Assembly: GCA_021827405.1 (NCBI GenBank)
Contig: JAKAVY010000001.1
Coordinates: forward strand, 16,861-80,860
Reading direction: 5' to 3'
DNA length: 64,000 nt
Origin: Thermoplasmata archaeon
GTDB taxonomy: Archaea; Thermoplasmatota; Thermoplasmata; Lutacidiplasmatales; UBA184
The position numbers and the translations under genes are program-made. The number at the start of each line of letters is the position of its first letter. The stretch's first letter is position 1. The notes beneath the pieces are model-generated. The model did no database searches, was not told the DNA's origin, and saw only the letters and a list, made by a program, of their open reading frames with translations. Of this stretch, positions 47,336-57,215 are shown one piece after another.

Positions 47336-48130
47336 GTGAACGAACACAAGTATCTGGTCCTAAAGGAGGAAGAGGACGGCGTCGTCGTCCTCGTCCTGAA
47401 GAACCCCCCGGTCAACGCGCTTTCTACCGGGCTGCTCACGGACCTCGAGGAAGTGGTCGGGGCCCTGGCCAAGGACCGGAGCAAGAGGGCCGTGATCCTG
47501 ACGGGAGAGGGTTCGTACTTCTCTGCGGGGGCAGACCTCAAGGAGATGGCCGGGATGGTGGGGGAGTTCCGGACCGAGGCCCCAAAGGTCGTCGCCCGGG
47601 GGCACCGGCTCTTCCGGGCCCTGGAAGACCTGCCGATGCCGGTGATCGCCGCCATCAACGGGCTGGCTCTGGGGGGGGGGCTCGAACTGGCGCTCTCCTG
47701 TGACCTGCGTGTGGCGGGCGATACCGCCAAGCTCGGAGCCACCGAGGTGAGCTTCGGCCTGATCCCTGCCTACGGCGGGACGCAGCGGCTACCCCGGCTG
47801 GTCGGGCTCGCCAAGGCGAAGGAACTGATCTTCAGCGCCACCATGGTCCCGGCCAGCGAGGGATTGAGGTGGGGCCTGGTGAACCGCACCGTGCCGGCGG
47901 GGCAGGAGCTTCGAGCGGCCCGGGACCTGGCCCACACCATCGCCCAAAAGGCTCCCCGGGCGGTCGCCGCGGCCAAGGCGGCGATCCAGTTCGGTTACGA
48001 CCACTCCCTGGAGGAGGGCCTCCGCCGAGAGGCGGAGCTCTTCTCCCAGGAGGTCCTGCCCAGCGAGGACCTCCTCGAGGGGATCGCGGCCTTCGTGGAG
48101 CGGCGCCCTCCCAAGTTCACCGGGAGGTGA
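47336..48130 (+). CDS. Enoyl-CoA hydratase/isomerase (crotonase fold)
   Basis: VLVLKNPPVNALS, ILTGEGSYFSAGADLKEM (oxyanion-hole motif), AAINGLALGGGLELALSCDLRVA and catalytic E in TEVSFGLIPAYGG. Confidence 0.85.
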   Translation: MNEHKYLVLKEEEDGVVVLVLKNPPVNALSTGLLTDLEEVVGALAKDRSKRAVILTGEGSYFSAGADLKEMAGMVGEFRTEAPKVVARGHRLFRALEDLPMPVIAAINGLALGGGLELALSCDLRVAGDTAKLGATEVSFGLIPAYGGTQRLPRLVGLAKAKELIFSATMVPASEGLRWGLVNRTVPAGQELRAARDLAHTIAQKAPRAVAAAKAAIQFGYDHSLEEGLRREAELFSQEVLPSEDLLEGIAAFVERRPPKFTGR

Positions 48131-48137
48131 GGGGGGG

Positions 48138-49358
48138 TTGACCGCGGCACCGGAAGGGTCCCTCCCGACCTCCGAGCGGGAAGCCACTCTAGCGGCGCTG
48201 AGGGCCACGGTGGCCCAGTTTGCCGAAAAGGAGGTCGCACCGGTCCTACCGGATATGGACGAGCGGGAGGTCTTCCCGGAGGCCACGGTGCGGCGCATGA
48301 AGGAGCTGGGCTTCTTCGGACTGCCGATCCCGGAGGAGTACGGCGGGCTCGGCCTCGGCAAGACCGGCTACTGCGCCGTCATGGAGGAGCTCTCCAAGGT
48401 GGATGCTTCCCACGCGGCCATCCTGGGCGCCCATACCTCCCTCGGGATGACCCCGCTGTACTACTTCGGGACCGAGGACCAGAAGCAGCGCTACTTGGCC
48501 CCGGCCGCCCGGGGGGAGCGGCTGATGGCCTTCTCCCTCACCGAGCCGGGCAGCGGGTCGGACTCCGGCGCGTTGGTGACCGCGGCCCGGGAGGACGGGG
48601 ACTTCTTTGTCCTCAACGGGGAAAAGATCTACGTGACCAACGGGGCCGAGGCCGATCTGGTCCTCGTACTGGCCGCCAACGACGTGAAGCTCGGGCCCCG
48701 GGGGGGGATCACGGCCTTCCTGGTGGAGAAGGGGACCCGGGGGTTCACGCTGGGACGGCTGGAGAGGAAGATGGGCCTGCACGGGACCTCCACGGCCCAA
48801 CTGCTCTTCCAGGACTGTGCCGTCCCGAAAGCGAACGTCCTCGGGGAGGTGGGCCGCGGGTTCGTCGTGGCCATGACGGCCCTGGACGTAGGACGGCTCT
48901 CCCTCGGGGCTGGGTCCCTGGGAGGGATGCAAGGGGCGCTCCGGGAGGCCCTCTCATATGCGAAGAACCGCCTGCAGTTTGACCTTCCCATCGTGGAGCA
49001 CCAGGCCATCCAGTTCAAGCTCGCGGACATGGCCATGCACATCCACGCCCTCAAGACCATGGTCTACGCCGCCGCGGAGCATCAGGACCGGATGGGCCCG
49101 CGGGTGAAGGGATGGTCCCGTGAGGACCGGGCCAAGAAGACCCGGGACAGCGCCATCATCAAGTGTCTCGCCAGCGAATGGGCCACCCGGACCATCCACG
49201 ACGCGCTGCAGATCCACGGCGGGCTAGGCTACATCCGGGGGACCCCCATCGAGAGGGCGTACCGGGATGCCCGGATCAGCGAGATCTTCGAGGGGACCAA
49301 CGAGATCCAGCGGTTGGTGGTGGCCCGGGACCTGATCACCCGGGGTTGGGTGGATTGA
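48138..49358 (+). CDS. Acyl-CoA dehydrogenase (second copy)
   Basis: FSLTEPGSGSDSGAL, a FAD-binding region, and a C-terminal IFEGTNEIQRLVVARDL catalytic-Glu motif. 406 aa. Confidence 0.85.
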   Translation: MTAAPEGSLPTSEREATLAALRATVAQFAEKEVAPVLPDMDEREVFPEATVRRMKELGFFGLPIPEEYGGLGLGKTGYCAVMEELSKVDASHAAILGAHTSLGMTPLYYFGTEDQKQRYLAPAARGERLMAFSLTEPGSGSDSGALVTAAREDGDFFVLNGEKIYVTNGAEADLVLVLAANDVKLGPRGGITAFLVEKGTRGFTLGRLERKMGLHGTSTAQLLFQDCAVPKANVLGEVGRGFVVAMTALDVGRLSLGAGSLGGMQGALREALSYAKNRLQFDLPIVEHQAIQFKLADMAMHIHALKTMVYAAAEHQDRMGPRVKGWSREDRAKKTRDSAIIKCLASEWATRTIHDALQIHGGLGYIRGTPIERAYRDARISEIFEGTNEIQRLVVARDLITRGWVD

Positions 49359-49361
49359 GGT

Positions 49362-50045
49362 TCAGATCTCGTCCCTTCCCGGGGGTCCGGGGACCCAAAA
49401 GCGGGGGAGCGCCCGGGTCTCCTGCCAGTCGTGGGCCAGCCGACACTCGATCCGGTGGAGCATGACCGAGAGGCTCCCCTTGGACAGGCCCAGCTTCCGG
49501 GCGAGACCGGTGAGCGAGATGCGCCGGGGATGCTCGTAGTAGCCACATCGGAGCGCCTCCTGGAACACCCGCTCCTGGGTAGGGGTCAGCCCTGCCGGTC
49601 CGGTATCGGGCACCGTGGAGGATACCCCCAGGACGCGGCTGCCGGGGAGACCGTGACGGACGAGCTCGGCCAACCTTTGCAGGACCACCCGGGAGCCCAG
49701 GACCTCCCAGAACGCCCAGCCATCCCGCACCGCGAAGGGGACCCGAGGGAGCACCTCGCCCTGGGAGATGAGGGGGACCAGGACGGAGGGAGGGTATCGG
49801 ACCCGCCAAAGGGTCCCCTGAGCGGAACGATGCAGTTCCTCCAGGTGGACCCCCCGCGGGAGGCGCCGGCCCCAGGACCTCACCTGCGATGAGGTCCGGT
49901 CGTCGGCCCAGACGTGAAGGAGGGCCCCCCTCCCGGAAAAGGGGGCCAGGTCCAGTACCCAGAGAAGGGAGCCCCGGCAGGCTCTGGAGAGAGACGCCAG
50001 CCAGAACCCTTCCGGCAGCCTGAGTTCCAGCCTCAACCGAGCCAT
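49362..50045 (-). CDS. HTH_10 (bacterio-opsin-activator-type) transcriptional regulator. ATG at 50045; the ORF-track extension upstream is junk.
   Basis: C-terminal LTPTQERVFQEALRCGYYEHPRRISLTGLARKLGLSKGSLSVMLHRIECRLAHDW matches the Bat-type HTH_10 domain (LTxrQrevLxxAxexGYFexPRxxsxxelAxxLgiSxxtxxexLRRAexKL). Confidence 0.65.
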   Translation of the reverse strand: MARLRLELRLPEGFWLASLSRACRGSLLWVLDLAPFSGRGALLHVWADDRTSSQVRSWGRRLPRGVHLEELHRSAQGTLWRVRYPPSVLVPLISQGEVLPRVPFAVRDGWAFWEVLGSRVVLQRLAELVRHGLPGSRVLGVSSTVPDTGPAGLTPTQERVFQEALRCGYYEHPRRISLTGLARKLGLSKGSLSVMLHRIECRLAHDWQETRALPRFWVPGPPGRDEI

Positions 50046-50183
50046 GGGACCTTGTGTCGGACACGGCCCGGCCGCTCCAAGGATTGCGAGGCCCCCGGGA
50101 GCCAGGGCTCCCGCGGTCACCTGCGGCGATGCCTTAACATGTTCGGTCACCCTTCTAAGTAATCCCTCCCCCTCCCGAGGTCC

Positions 50184-51545
50184 ATGATCCGTCTCGGAGT
50201 CTCCACCCAGACGCCCCCGCTGGTCCCCCTGGCCGGCTCCCGGCGTCGGCGGGTCGGGGCCCGCTGGGAGCGGGGACGGGACTATCGCCCGGGGGTGGGT
50301 GGGGTGGTCCCGATGATGCGGTCGCTGCTCAAGCATGCCCAGGCCCGTTGGGTCGCGCCCAATCCGTGGTGGGTCTGTCTGGGCTTCCCGGGAGCCCCGC
50401 GCTGGGTCCAGAGCGATGAGGGGTTCCGGGTGAGCTTTGTGGACCTCCCCGAGGAGGTCCGGGGCCGCTACAATCGATTCAAGCGGGCGATCTGGGACGC
50501 GGTCCACGGCGCGGGAGGGATGGACTTTGAGGTGGGGGACTACCGGGCCTTCCTCGAGTACAGCATGGCCACGGCCAGCCGGCTCCTGGAGCTTCGTGAC
50601 CAGGTGGATGCCTATTACGTGAACGACTTCCAGCAGATCCAGGTCGGACCGGCCCTCGGTCCGGCGGCCCCGGCCGTGCTCCGATGGCATGTCCCCTTCC
50701 AGGTGGAGCGCCTTCCGCATGCGACCCGCCGGTTCTTCGTGAAGAGCCTGGAGGGGTTCGATGCGGTGGTGGTCTCCACCCGGCGAGACCTGGAGGGGCT
50801 CATCGGGGTGGGCTTCCAGGGACGCGCCTACCAGCTCTATCCCTACGTGGACCCCGGGGAGTTCCCCCAGGTAGGGTCCTCTGCCCAGGAGGCCTTCCGG
50901 GCCCGTTGGAAGCTGCCCGCCGAGGGACCCTTGGTGCTCTGCGTGGCCCGGATGGACCCGCAGAAGCGCCAGGACCTCCTCCTCCGGGCCCTTCCGTCGC
51001 TCCGGCGGCGCTTCCCCGGGCTCATGGCCCTTTTCATCGGGAACGGGAGCTTCACCTCCAGCCGGAGCGGGGGCCTGGGCTCCTCCATGGGCTCGGACTG
51101 GAGGACCGGGCTCGAGCGTCTGGCCCGGCAACTGAAGGTCTCCGAGGCGGTCCGTTTTACCGGCTATCTCCCGGACGAAGACATCCGGGTGGCCTACAGC
51201 CTCTGCGACGTCCTGGTCATGCCCTCGGTCACCGAAGGCTTTGGCCTGGTCGGGGTGGAGGCCTGGCTCTACCAGAAGCCCATCGTGGTGAGCGAGGGGG
51301 CCGGGATCTCGGAGCTCGTGGGGGACGGGGTCAACGGCCTCGCGGTCCGGCCGGGGTCCGCCCCCGCGCTCGCGCAAGCGCTCCGGGACGTGCTGAGCAA
51401 CCCGGAGCGGGCGGAGGCCATGGGCCGGATGGGGGCCCTGACCTCCCGGTTCTGCGTCACGGGCTTTGCCGCCCGGCGGCTGAAGCGGGTGTTCGACGAG
51501 GTCCTTTCCGAATACCAGGGCCCCCGGGGTTCGCCCACGGCATGA
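50184..51545 (+). CDS. GT4-family glycosyltransferase, trehalose-synthase (TreT)-like
   Basis: GT-B C-terminal motif VMPSVTEGFGLVGVEAWLYQKPIVVSEGAGISELV. The N-domain block YYVNDFQQIQVGPALGPAAPAVLRWHVPF...RRFFVKSLEGFDAVVVS parallels TreT (YVLVHDPQPAALIEF...WLWRCHIDL...FLRRFVEKYDRYIF). Confidence 0.6.
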   Translation: MIRLGVSTQTPPLVPLAGSRRRRVGARWERGRDYRPGVGGVVPMMRSLLKHAQARWVAPNPWWVCLGFPGAPRWVQSDEGFRVSFVDLPEEVRGRYNRFKRAIWDAVHGAGGMDFEVGDYRAFLEYSMATASRLLELRDQVDAYYVNDFQQIQVGPALGPAAPAVLRWHVPFQVERLPHATRRFFVKSLEGFDAVVVSTRRDLEGLIGVGFQGRAYQLYPYVDPGEFPQVGSSAQEAFRARWKLPAEGPLVLCVARMDPQKRQDLLLRALPSLRRRFPGLMALFIGNGSFTSSRSGGLGSSMGSDWRTGLERLARQLKVSEAVRFTGYLPDEDIRVAYSLCDVLVMPSVTEGFGLVGVEAWLYQKPIVVSEGAGISELVGDGVNGLAVRPGSAPALAQALRDVLSNPERAEAMGRMGALTSRFCVTGFAARRLKRVFDEVLSEYQGPRGSPTA

Positions 51546-52297
51546 GCGTGGTGACCTTCGACCTGTGGAACACGCTCCTCTCGCTGGACCCCAACGAGGC
51601 GCGGCGGTACGTCCTGAAGAGGCACGCGATAGGCGCCCGGTGGCTGGCCCGGTGCGAGGCCGAGGACGGGAGGGCCTGGCGGGACCTTCGACGGATCCCC
51701 CCGCGCGTCCGCCAGGAGGCGGACCTCTGGGAGCGATCCGGACGGGTGATGACCATCCCGGCCCAGGCGCGCCGGATGGCACGACTGGCGCACCGACGGG
51801 CCCATGTCCCGTCGTACGAACGCTCGCTCTCCGGGCTCCTGCTGGATCTCCCGGTTAAGGTCAAGCCCGGGTCCCGGGAGACGCTCCAAGAGCTGCGGTC
51901 TGAGGGGCTCTCGTTGGGACTCATCTCGAACCTCACGTTGGAGGCGCCGGGCGCGGTGCGGAAGTTGCTGCGGCGGGAGGGGTTCGCCCCCTTGTTCTCC
52001 ACCCTGGTCTTCAGTTCGGAGGTGGGGGCCTCCAAGCCCGATCCCCGGCCCTTCCGCGCCGCCTTGCGACGCTTGGGAGGGAGAGCCACGCAGGCGGTCC
52101 ACGTTGGGGACCGGTGGAGCTCGGATGGACGGGGCGCCCTCGCTGCCGGTTGGGCCGGCGTGGTCCTCCTGAGGGCATCCCCGATCCCCCGGGCGGCCCG
52201 GGACCACCCTCGGGTCCGGTGGGTCCGGTCCTTCCCCGACGTCAGGGAGGCGGTCTGGGACCTTCTGCGCTCGGCGTCGCCGGGATCCCCGCGCTGA
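51542..52297 (+). CDS. HAD-superfamily hydrolase (phosphatase)
   Basis: Motif I FDLWNTLL, motif II ISN(T/S), motif III K...(168 KPDP), motif IV VGDRWSSD. The ATG overlaps the GT4 stop in an ATGA junction. Confidence 0.7.
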   Translation: MSVVTFDLWNTLLSLDPNEARRYVLKRHAIGARWLARCEAEDGRAWRDLRRIPPRVRQEADLWERSGRVMTIPAQARRMARLAHRRAHVPSYERSLSGLLLDLPVKVKPGSRETLQELRSEGLSLGLISNLTLEAPGAVRKLLRREGFAPLFSTLVFSSEVGASKPDPRPFRAALRRLGGRATQAVHVGDRWSSDGRGALAAGWAGVVLLRASPIPRAARDHPRVRWVRSFPDVREAVWDLLRSASPGSPR

Positions 52298-54089
52298 CCG
52301 TCGCCGGTGGCGGAGCCCCGGCGGGGGTAGGGGGAACGCCCGCGGGGTGGGCGGCCCCCGCCGGTCCGGAGGTCCTCGAGCCCTCCCCATAGACGTAGCG
52401 CTCGCCTCGGAAGAAGGAGACCACCCCGGCCAGGGCCGTGAGGGAGCCCGCGAACAGGAAGCTGTCCCGGATCCCCGAGAGGAAGGCCGGCGCGATCGCC
52501 TGCGGGAAGAAGCTGCGGCTGGTCAAGGCGGCGGTCACCGCCGGGCCCAAGGGAACCCACCCGGGGACCGTGCCCGCCACCGTCAGCAAGAGCCCGACCG
52601 GGTTCTGGCCGAGGAAGGCCCCGAATAGCGACGTGGTGGGTTGTGAGCTCGCCAGGGAGGTGAGGATGCCCAGGTCCGGCGCGCCCACGCCCAGCCCGGC
52701 CAGCGCGCTGCCCACCGAGTGGCTGAGCCCGGTGGAGAGGCCGGTGATGACGATGGTGAAGAAGAAGACCAGGGAGAGCTGCTGGCCGGTGTTCTGGAGG
52801 GTGGCGAGCATCCCCGAGGCCGCCCCGCGCTCTGCCGGGGGCACGGAGTTCATCACCGCGGCGGCGTTGGGCGACGCGAACATCCCCATCCCGCAGCCCA
52901 TGAGGAAGAGCAGGCCCCCCATCTCCCAGTAAGCGAAGTCGTACGGGAGCAGGAGCATGAGGAAGAAGGAGAGGGACCCGAGGAACATCCCGGCGCTGGC
53001 CAGGTGGCGGGCCCCGTGCCGGTCGGAGAGGATCCCCGAGAGGGGCCCCATGACGAAGAACCCGGCCATCATCGGGAGCATGTAGATCCCGGCCCAGAGA
53101 GGGGTCTCGGAGAAGGCGTACCCGTGCAGGGGAAGCCAGATCCCCTGGAACCAGATGATGAGCATGAACATGATGCCCCCCCGGGCCACGGAGCCGAGGA
53201 AGGCCGCCAGGTTGCCCACCGAGAACGCGCGGGTCTTGAACAGGTGCAGCCGGAACATGGGTTCCTTGACCCGGGTCTCCACGACCAGGAAGAGCCCGAG
53301 CAGGGCGATCCCGAGCCCGATGCCCGTCCAGACCCACGGGCTGGACCAGCCCATGGTCTGTCCCCCGTAGGGCAGCAGACCGTAGGTGAGCCCCACCAAA
53401 AGGAGCGTGAGCCCGAGGGCAAACGTGGCGTTCCCCCAGAGGTCCACGTGCTGCCCCTTCCGGGTCGGACGGATGTCCCGGAGCTTCCAGTAGGCCCAGA
53501 GGGTGCCGAAGAGGCCCACCGGGACGTTCACCAAGAAGATGAACCGCCAGCTGGGGAGGGTCACGCCGAGGATGTGGACGGGGGGGATGCCGGCGAGGAG
53601 CCCCCCCACCACCAGGCCGAGGACGCTCCCTCCGATGAAGGCGACCTGGTTGATGCCGAGGGCCTTCCCTCGCTCGTTGGAGGGGAAGGCGTCAGTGAGA
53701 AGGGCCGAGGAGTTTGCGAAGAGGAAGGCGGCCCCGACCGCCTGGACGAGCCTGAAGGAGACCAGTTCCCAGCCTCCCGTTGTCCCTCCGCTCGGGGCCA
53801 GGAAGAGCAGGACGGAACCGATGGTGAAGACCACGAAGCCCCAGTTGTACATCCGGGCCCGGCCCACCATGTCGGAGATCCGCCCGGCGTTGACCAGCAA
53901 GGTGGCGGTGACCACCCCGTAGCCGAGGAGCAGCCAGATGAGGATGGGGAACCCCTGGGGGTTCAGGAAGGAGATCCCGAGCCCATCGAGGATGACGGGG
54001 AGCGAGATGAGCAGGATCGAACCGTTGATGGAGGCCATGAGGGCCCCCAGCGTGGTGTTCGAAAGGACGGTCCACTTGTAGGCTACCAC
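52242..54089 (-). CDS. MFS transporter, 14-TM DHA2 (EmrB/QacA)-like, with a Pro/Ala/Gly-rich C-terminal tail
   Basis: The N-terminal LGALMASINGSILLISLPVILDGLG and GRISDMVGRAR (MFS motif A) fit, as does the 14-helix hydropathy pattern. Confidence 0.8.
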   Translation of the reverse strand: MVAYKWTVLSNTTLGALMASINGSILLISLPVILDGLGISFLNPQGFPILIWLLLGYGVVTATLLVNAGRISDMVGRARMYNWGFVVFTIGSVLLFLAPSGGTTGGWELVSFRLVQAVGAAFLFANSSALLTDAFPSNERGKALGINQVAFIGGSVLGLVVGGLLAGIPPVHILGVTLPSWRFIFLVNVPVGLFGTLWAYWKLRDIRPTRKGQHVDLWGNATFALGLTLLLVGLTYGLLPYGGQTMGWSSPWVWTGIGLGIALLGLFLVVETRVKEPMFRLHLFKTRAFSVGNLAAFLGSVARGGIMFMLIIWFQGIWLPLHGYAFSETPLWAGIYMLPMMAGFFVMGPLSGILSDRHGARHLASAGMFLGSLSFFLMLLLPYDFAYWEMGGLLFLMGCGMGMFASPNAAAVMNSVPPAERGAASGMLATLQNTGQQLSLVFFFTIVITGLSTGLSHSVGSALAGLGVGAPDLGILTSLASSQPTTSLFGAFLGQNPVGLLLTVAGTVPGWVPLGPAVTAALTSRSFFPQAIAPAFLSGIRDSFLFAGSLTALAGVVSFFRGERYVYGEGSRTSGPAGAAHPAGVPPTPAGAPPPATVSAGIPATPSAEGPRPPP

Positions 54090-54231
54090 GGTCCCGACCC
54101 CCCCGGGCCGGGGCCCGGGGACGGGAGGACCCCCGGCCTCCCAAGATAGTAAGGCGCCGTAACAAACCTCCGAAGGCGAGGAGGAGGGGGCCGGGCCATA
54201 AGCTTTGGCCGTGGTGGGGGAGCCCCGACCC

Positions 54232-55494
54232 TCAGCCGAACATCGGCATCCGGCTCTTCGTCCCGGGACGGGGGAGCCAGACCACCGCCGCGGCGGAGAC
54301 GAGCCCCACCCCCACCATGACCTCCAGTCCCAGGGGCAGCGTCGCGTACCCCCGGTAGGCCACCAGCCCCACCAGGGTGGGACCCAGGGCGCTACCCCCT
54401 CCGGTCGCGAGCCCGAAGACCACGGAGTTGGCGAGGGTGGAGGAACCTGCGGGCAGGTAGTCCGGGGTCAGCGACATGAGCAACGGGAAGGCGCTGAACG
54501 TGAAGAACCCGATGAGGAGTAGGCACGCCGTGGCCTCCCATCCCCCGGAGAAGAGGAACCCCAAGGTCGCCAGGGCCGTGCCCACGGAGCTCACGGCGAG
54601 GAGCCCCCGACGGTCCCAGTGGCCGACGAGCACCCCAAAGACCGGTTGTCCCAGGATGCCGGCGACATAGATGGTGGCCACTTCCAGCCCGAGGTTCGGG
54701 GCGCCGAAGCCGGCGGGATGCAGCGAGAGGTAGGTGGGAAGCCACGCCACGATCCCCTGGGAGGCCACCGAGCGCAGGAAGGCGACCCCCGCCAAGAGGA
54801 CGACCCCTCGGGTGAGCACGCTGCGGACCGAGCGCCCACCCGAAGGGGCCGCTTCCGGGGCGAGGCCCCCCGGCTGCCGGCTTGCCACGAGGATGACCCC
54901 GGCCGCCCCCCCGGCGAAGAGGGCGAAGACCAGCAGGGAGGCGTCGGAGGCGATCACCAGGCCAATGAGGAAGAAGAGCACCGGGTACAGGGCCCGCCCG
55001 GTGCTTCCCATCGCGCCGTTGATCCCGAGGGCCTTCCCCCGCTCCGCCCCTTGGAACCGTTCCTGCAGAAGCGTCCCGCCCAGCGGGTGGTAGAAGGCCG
55101 TCCCGAATCCCGTGACGAACCCGGCTCCCAAGCTGACGGCCAGGGTCAGGGGCCCGCTGAGGAGGGCCAACGCCGCGTAGAAGCCCACCAGCCCCGCGCC
55201 GAGCAGCAGCATCCCGCCGACCATGAGGAGCGCCGGTCTTCCCGACCGGTCCGCCCGGCGGCCCACCCAAAGGCTCAGCAGGGAGGACGACGAGTAGTAG
55301 ATGAGGAAGAGGAAGGCGAGGTCCAGCGGGTCGACCTCTTGATGGCTCGTCAGGAGCGCCGCCACCACCGGGACGAACAGGGTGGTCCCGTCGTTCACGA
55401 AGTGTCCTAGGGAGGTGTAGGCCAGGACCCGGAGGCGGGAGAGGGACCGGTCCGGGCCCGGCGAGTCCCCGGGGGCTTCCAAGCGAAGGTTCAC
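54232..55494 (-). CDS. MFS transporter (12 TM)
   Basis: 420 aa with 12 hydrophobic helices and the motif-A-like GRRADRSGRPALLMVG. It overlaps fadD by 4 nt. Confidence 0.75.
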   Translation of the reverse strand: MNLRLEAPGDSPGPDRSLSRLRVLAYTSLGHFVNDGTTLFVPVVAALLTSHQEVDPLDLAFLFLIYYSSSSLLSLWVGRRADRSGRPALLMVGGMLLLGAGLVGFYAALALLSGPLTLAVSLGAGFVTGFGTAFYHPLGGTLLQERFQGAERGKALGINGAMGSTGRALYPVLFFLIGLVIASDASLLVFALFAGGAAGVILVASRQPGGLAPEAAPSGGRSVRSVLTRGVVLLAGVAFLRSVASQGIVAWLPTYLSLHPAGFGAPNLGLEVATIYVAGILGQPVFGVLVGHWDRRGLLAVSSVGTALATLGFLFSGGWEATACLLLIGFFTFSAFPLLMSLTPDYLPAGSSTLANSVVFGLATGGGSALGPTLVGLVAYRGYATLPLGLEVMVGVGLVSAAAVVWLPRPGTKSRMPMFG

Positions 55495-57206
55495 GACCCC
55501 TCAGGAGGGATCGCCGAAGGGGGGAGGGCCCGCAAGGAGCGCTTGAGGACCTTCCCCACCAGGGTGCGCGGAAGGGAGGGGACGAACGCGACCTCCCGGG
55601 GCGCCTTGAAGTGGGCCAGCTGGCCACGGACCAGTTCGATGAGCTCCTCGGAGGTGACCTGGGATCCCGGCCTCCTCACGACGAAGGCCTTCACCACCTG
55701 CCCCAGCCGAGGGTCCGGGACGCCCACGACGGCGGCCTCGGCCACGGCGGGGTGGGTGTAGAGGACCTCCTCCACCTCCCGGGGGTAGACGTTGAACCCT
55801 CCGACGAGCACCAGGTCCTTCTTGCGGTCCACGATGTAGGTGAACCCCTCTTCGTCCACGTGCCCCAGGTCGCCCGTCAAGAACCACCCGCCGATCAAGG
55901 ACGCCCGGGTCTCCTCCGGGCGGCGATAGTAGCCCTTCATCACCTGAGGTCCCTTCACGGCGATCTCCCCGTCCACCCCGCAAGGGAGCTCCTTGGCCGG
56001 GTCGGCCGGGTCCACTACCTTCACCCAGGTGGAGGACACCGGGAGACCCACCGATCCGGGCCGGGCCCGCTCCCCCAGGAGGTTCACGTGGGTCACGGGG
56101 GAGGTCTCCGAGAGGCCGTAGCCTTCTACCACGACCCCGCCCGTCAACGCGTGGAACTGGCGGGCCACTTCCACCGGTAGGGGGGCGGACCCGCTCACGC
56201 AAAGCCGGATCCCCTTGAGGTCCGTGTGTTGGGCCTGGGGATGGTGGACTAAGTCCGCGTAGAACGTCGGCACTCCCGGAAAGATGGTGGGCCGGTAGCG
56301 CCTCACGTACTGGAAGAGGAGCTCCGCCGTGGGGGCGGAGGGCTGGGTCACGAGGGTGGCCCCGAAGAGGAGCGCCGCGTTGAGCGCGGCGGTCATCCCG
56401 TAGACGTGGAAGAACGGGATCATGGAGAGGAGGACCTCCTCCCCCTCCCGGTAGTCGGTCAGCCACAGGCGGATCTGCCTCGCGTTGGCGGCCAGGTTCC
56501 CATGGGTGAGCATGGCGCCCTTGGGGGTCCCGGTGGTCCCGCCGGTGTACTGGAGGACCGCCACATCCTCGCTCAGGTCCAGGGAGGTCTCCGGGACCGC
56601 CCCTTCCGTCCTCCGCAGGCGGGCAAAGGGGACGTAGGAAAGCCCCCGCGCCGGTGAGGGGTCCCGCTTCTGCCGTCGAAGCTCCCGGTTCACGAAAGGC
56701 CGGGCCCACCAGGGGGCATCCTCCCGGAGCCGGCCGAGGAAGACCTGCGGGGAGACGCGGGGGCCGAGGACCTCCTTCAGGCCATGGGAAAGGAAGTCCA
56801 ACGTCACGATCCCCTTGGGCTGCGAATCCTCCAGCGGGGTCTTCAGGTCCTGGTGGATGTACAAGGGGGCGATCTGGACGACCACGACCCCCAGGCGGAG
56901 CGCTGCGTAGTACGAGAGCACGTACTCCGGGCAGTTGGGCAGGTAGAGCGCCAGCCGATCCCCTTTCCTAAACCCCGCGGCATGCAGGCCGGCAGCCACA
57001 TGGGAGATATCGTCCCAGAGCTCCTGGTAGGTCCATCGGCGCTCGAGCCCCGGCCGGAGCGCGAAGACGAGGGCATCCCGGGCGGGCCAGCGCTCCACGG
57101 CCTGCCGGAACATCTCGGGGACCGGGAGCCCCCCGGCCGGGAGGTCTGCGGGTACCCCGGGAGGATAGAGACGCAGCCAAGGCCGCGGAGGGTCGTTTGC
57201 CGCCAT
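55491..57206 (-). CDS. fadD: Long-chain-fatty-acid--CoA ligase (AMP-binding)
   Basis: AMP-binding motifs LQYTGGTTGTPKGAML, EGYGLSETSP, GWFLTGDLG and the conserved C-terminal Lys in PRTLVGKVLKR. Confidence 0.85.
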   Translation of the reverse strand: MAANDPPRPWLRLYPPGVPADLPAGGLPVPEMFRQAVERWPARDALVFALRPGLERRWTYQELWDDISHVAAGLHAAGFRKGDRLALYLPNCPEYVLSYYAALRLGVVVVQIAPLYIHQDLKTPLEDSQPKGIVTLDFLSHGLKEVLGPRVSPQVFLGRLREDAPWWARPFVNRELRRQKRDPSPARGLSYVPFARLRRTEGAVPETSLDLSEDVAVLQYTGGTTGTPKGAMLTHGNLAANARQIRLWLTDYREGEEVLLSMIPFFHVYGMTAALNAALLFGATLVTQPSAPTAELLFQYVRRYRPTIFPGVPTFYADLVHHPQAQHTDLKGIRLCVSGSAPLPVEVARQFHALTGGVVVEGYGLSETSPVTHVNLLGERARPGSVGLPVSSTWVKVVDPADPAKELPCGVDGEIAVKGPQVMKGYYRRPEETRASLIGGWFLTGDLGHVDEEGFTYIVDRKKDLVLVGGFNVYPREVEEVLYTHPAVAEAAVVGVPDPRLGQVVKAFVVRRPGSQVTSEELIELVRGQLAHFKAPREVAFVPSLPRTLVGKVLKRSLRALPPSAIPPEGS

Positions 57207-57215
57207 CCTCTCCCC

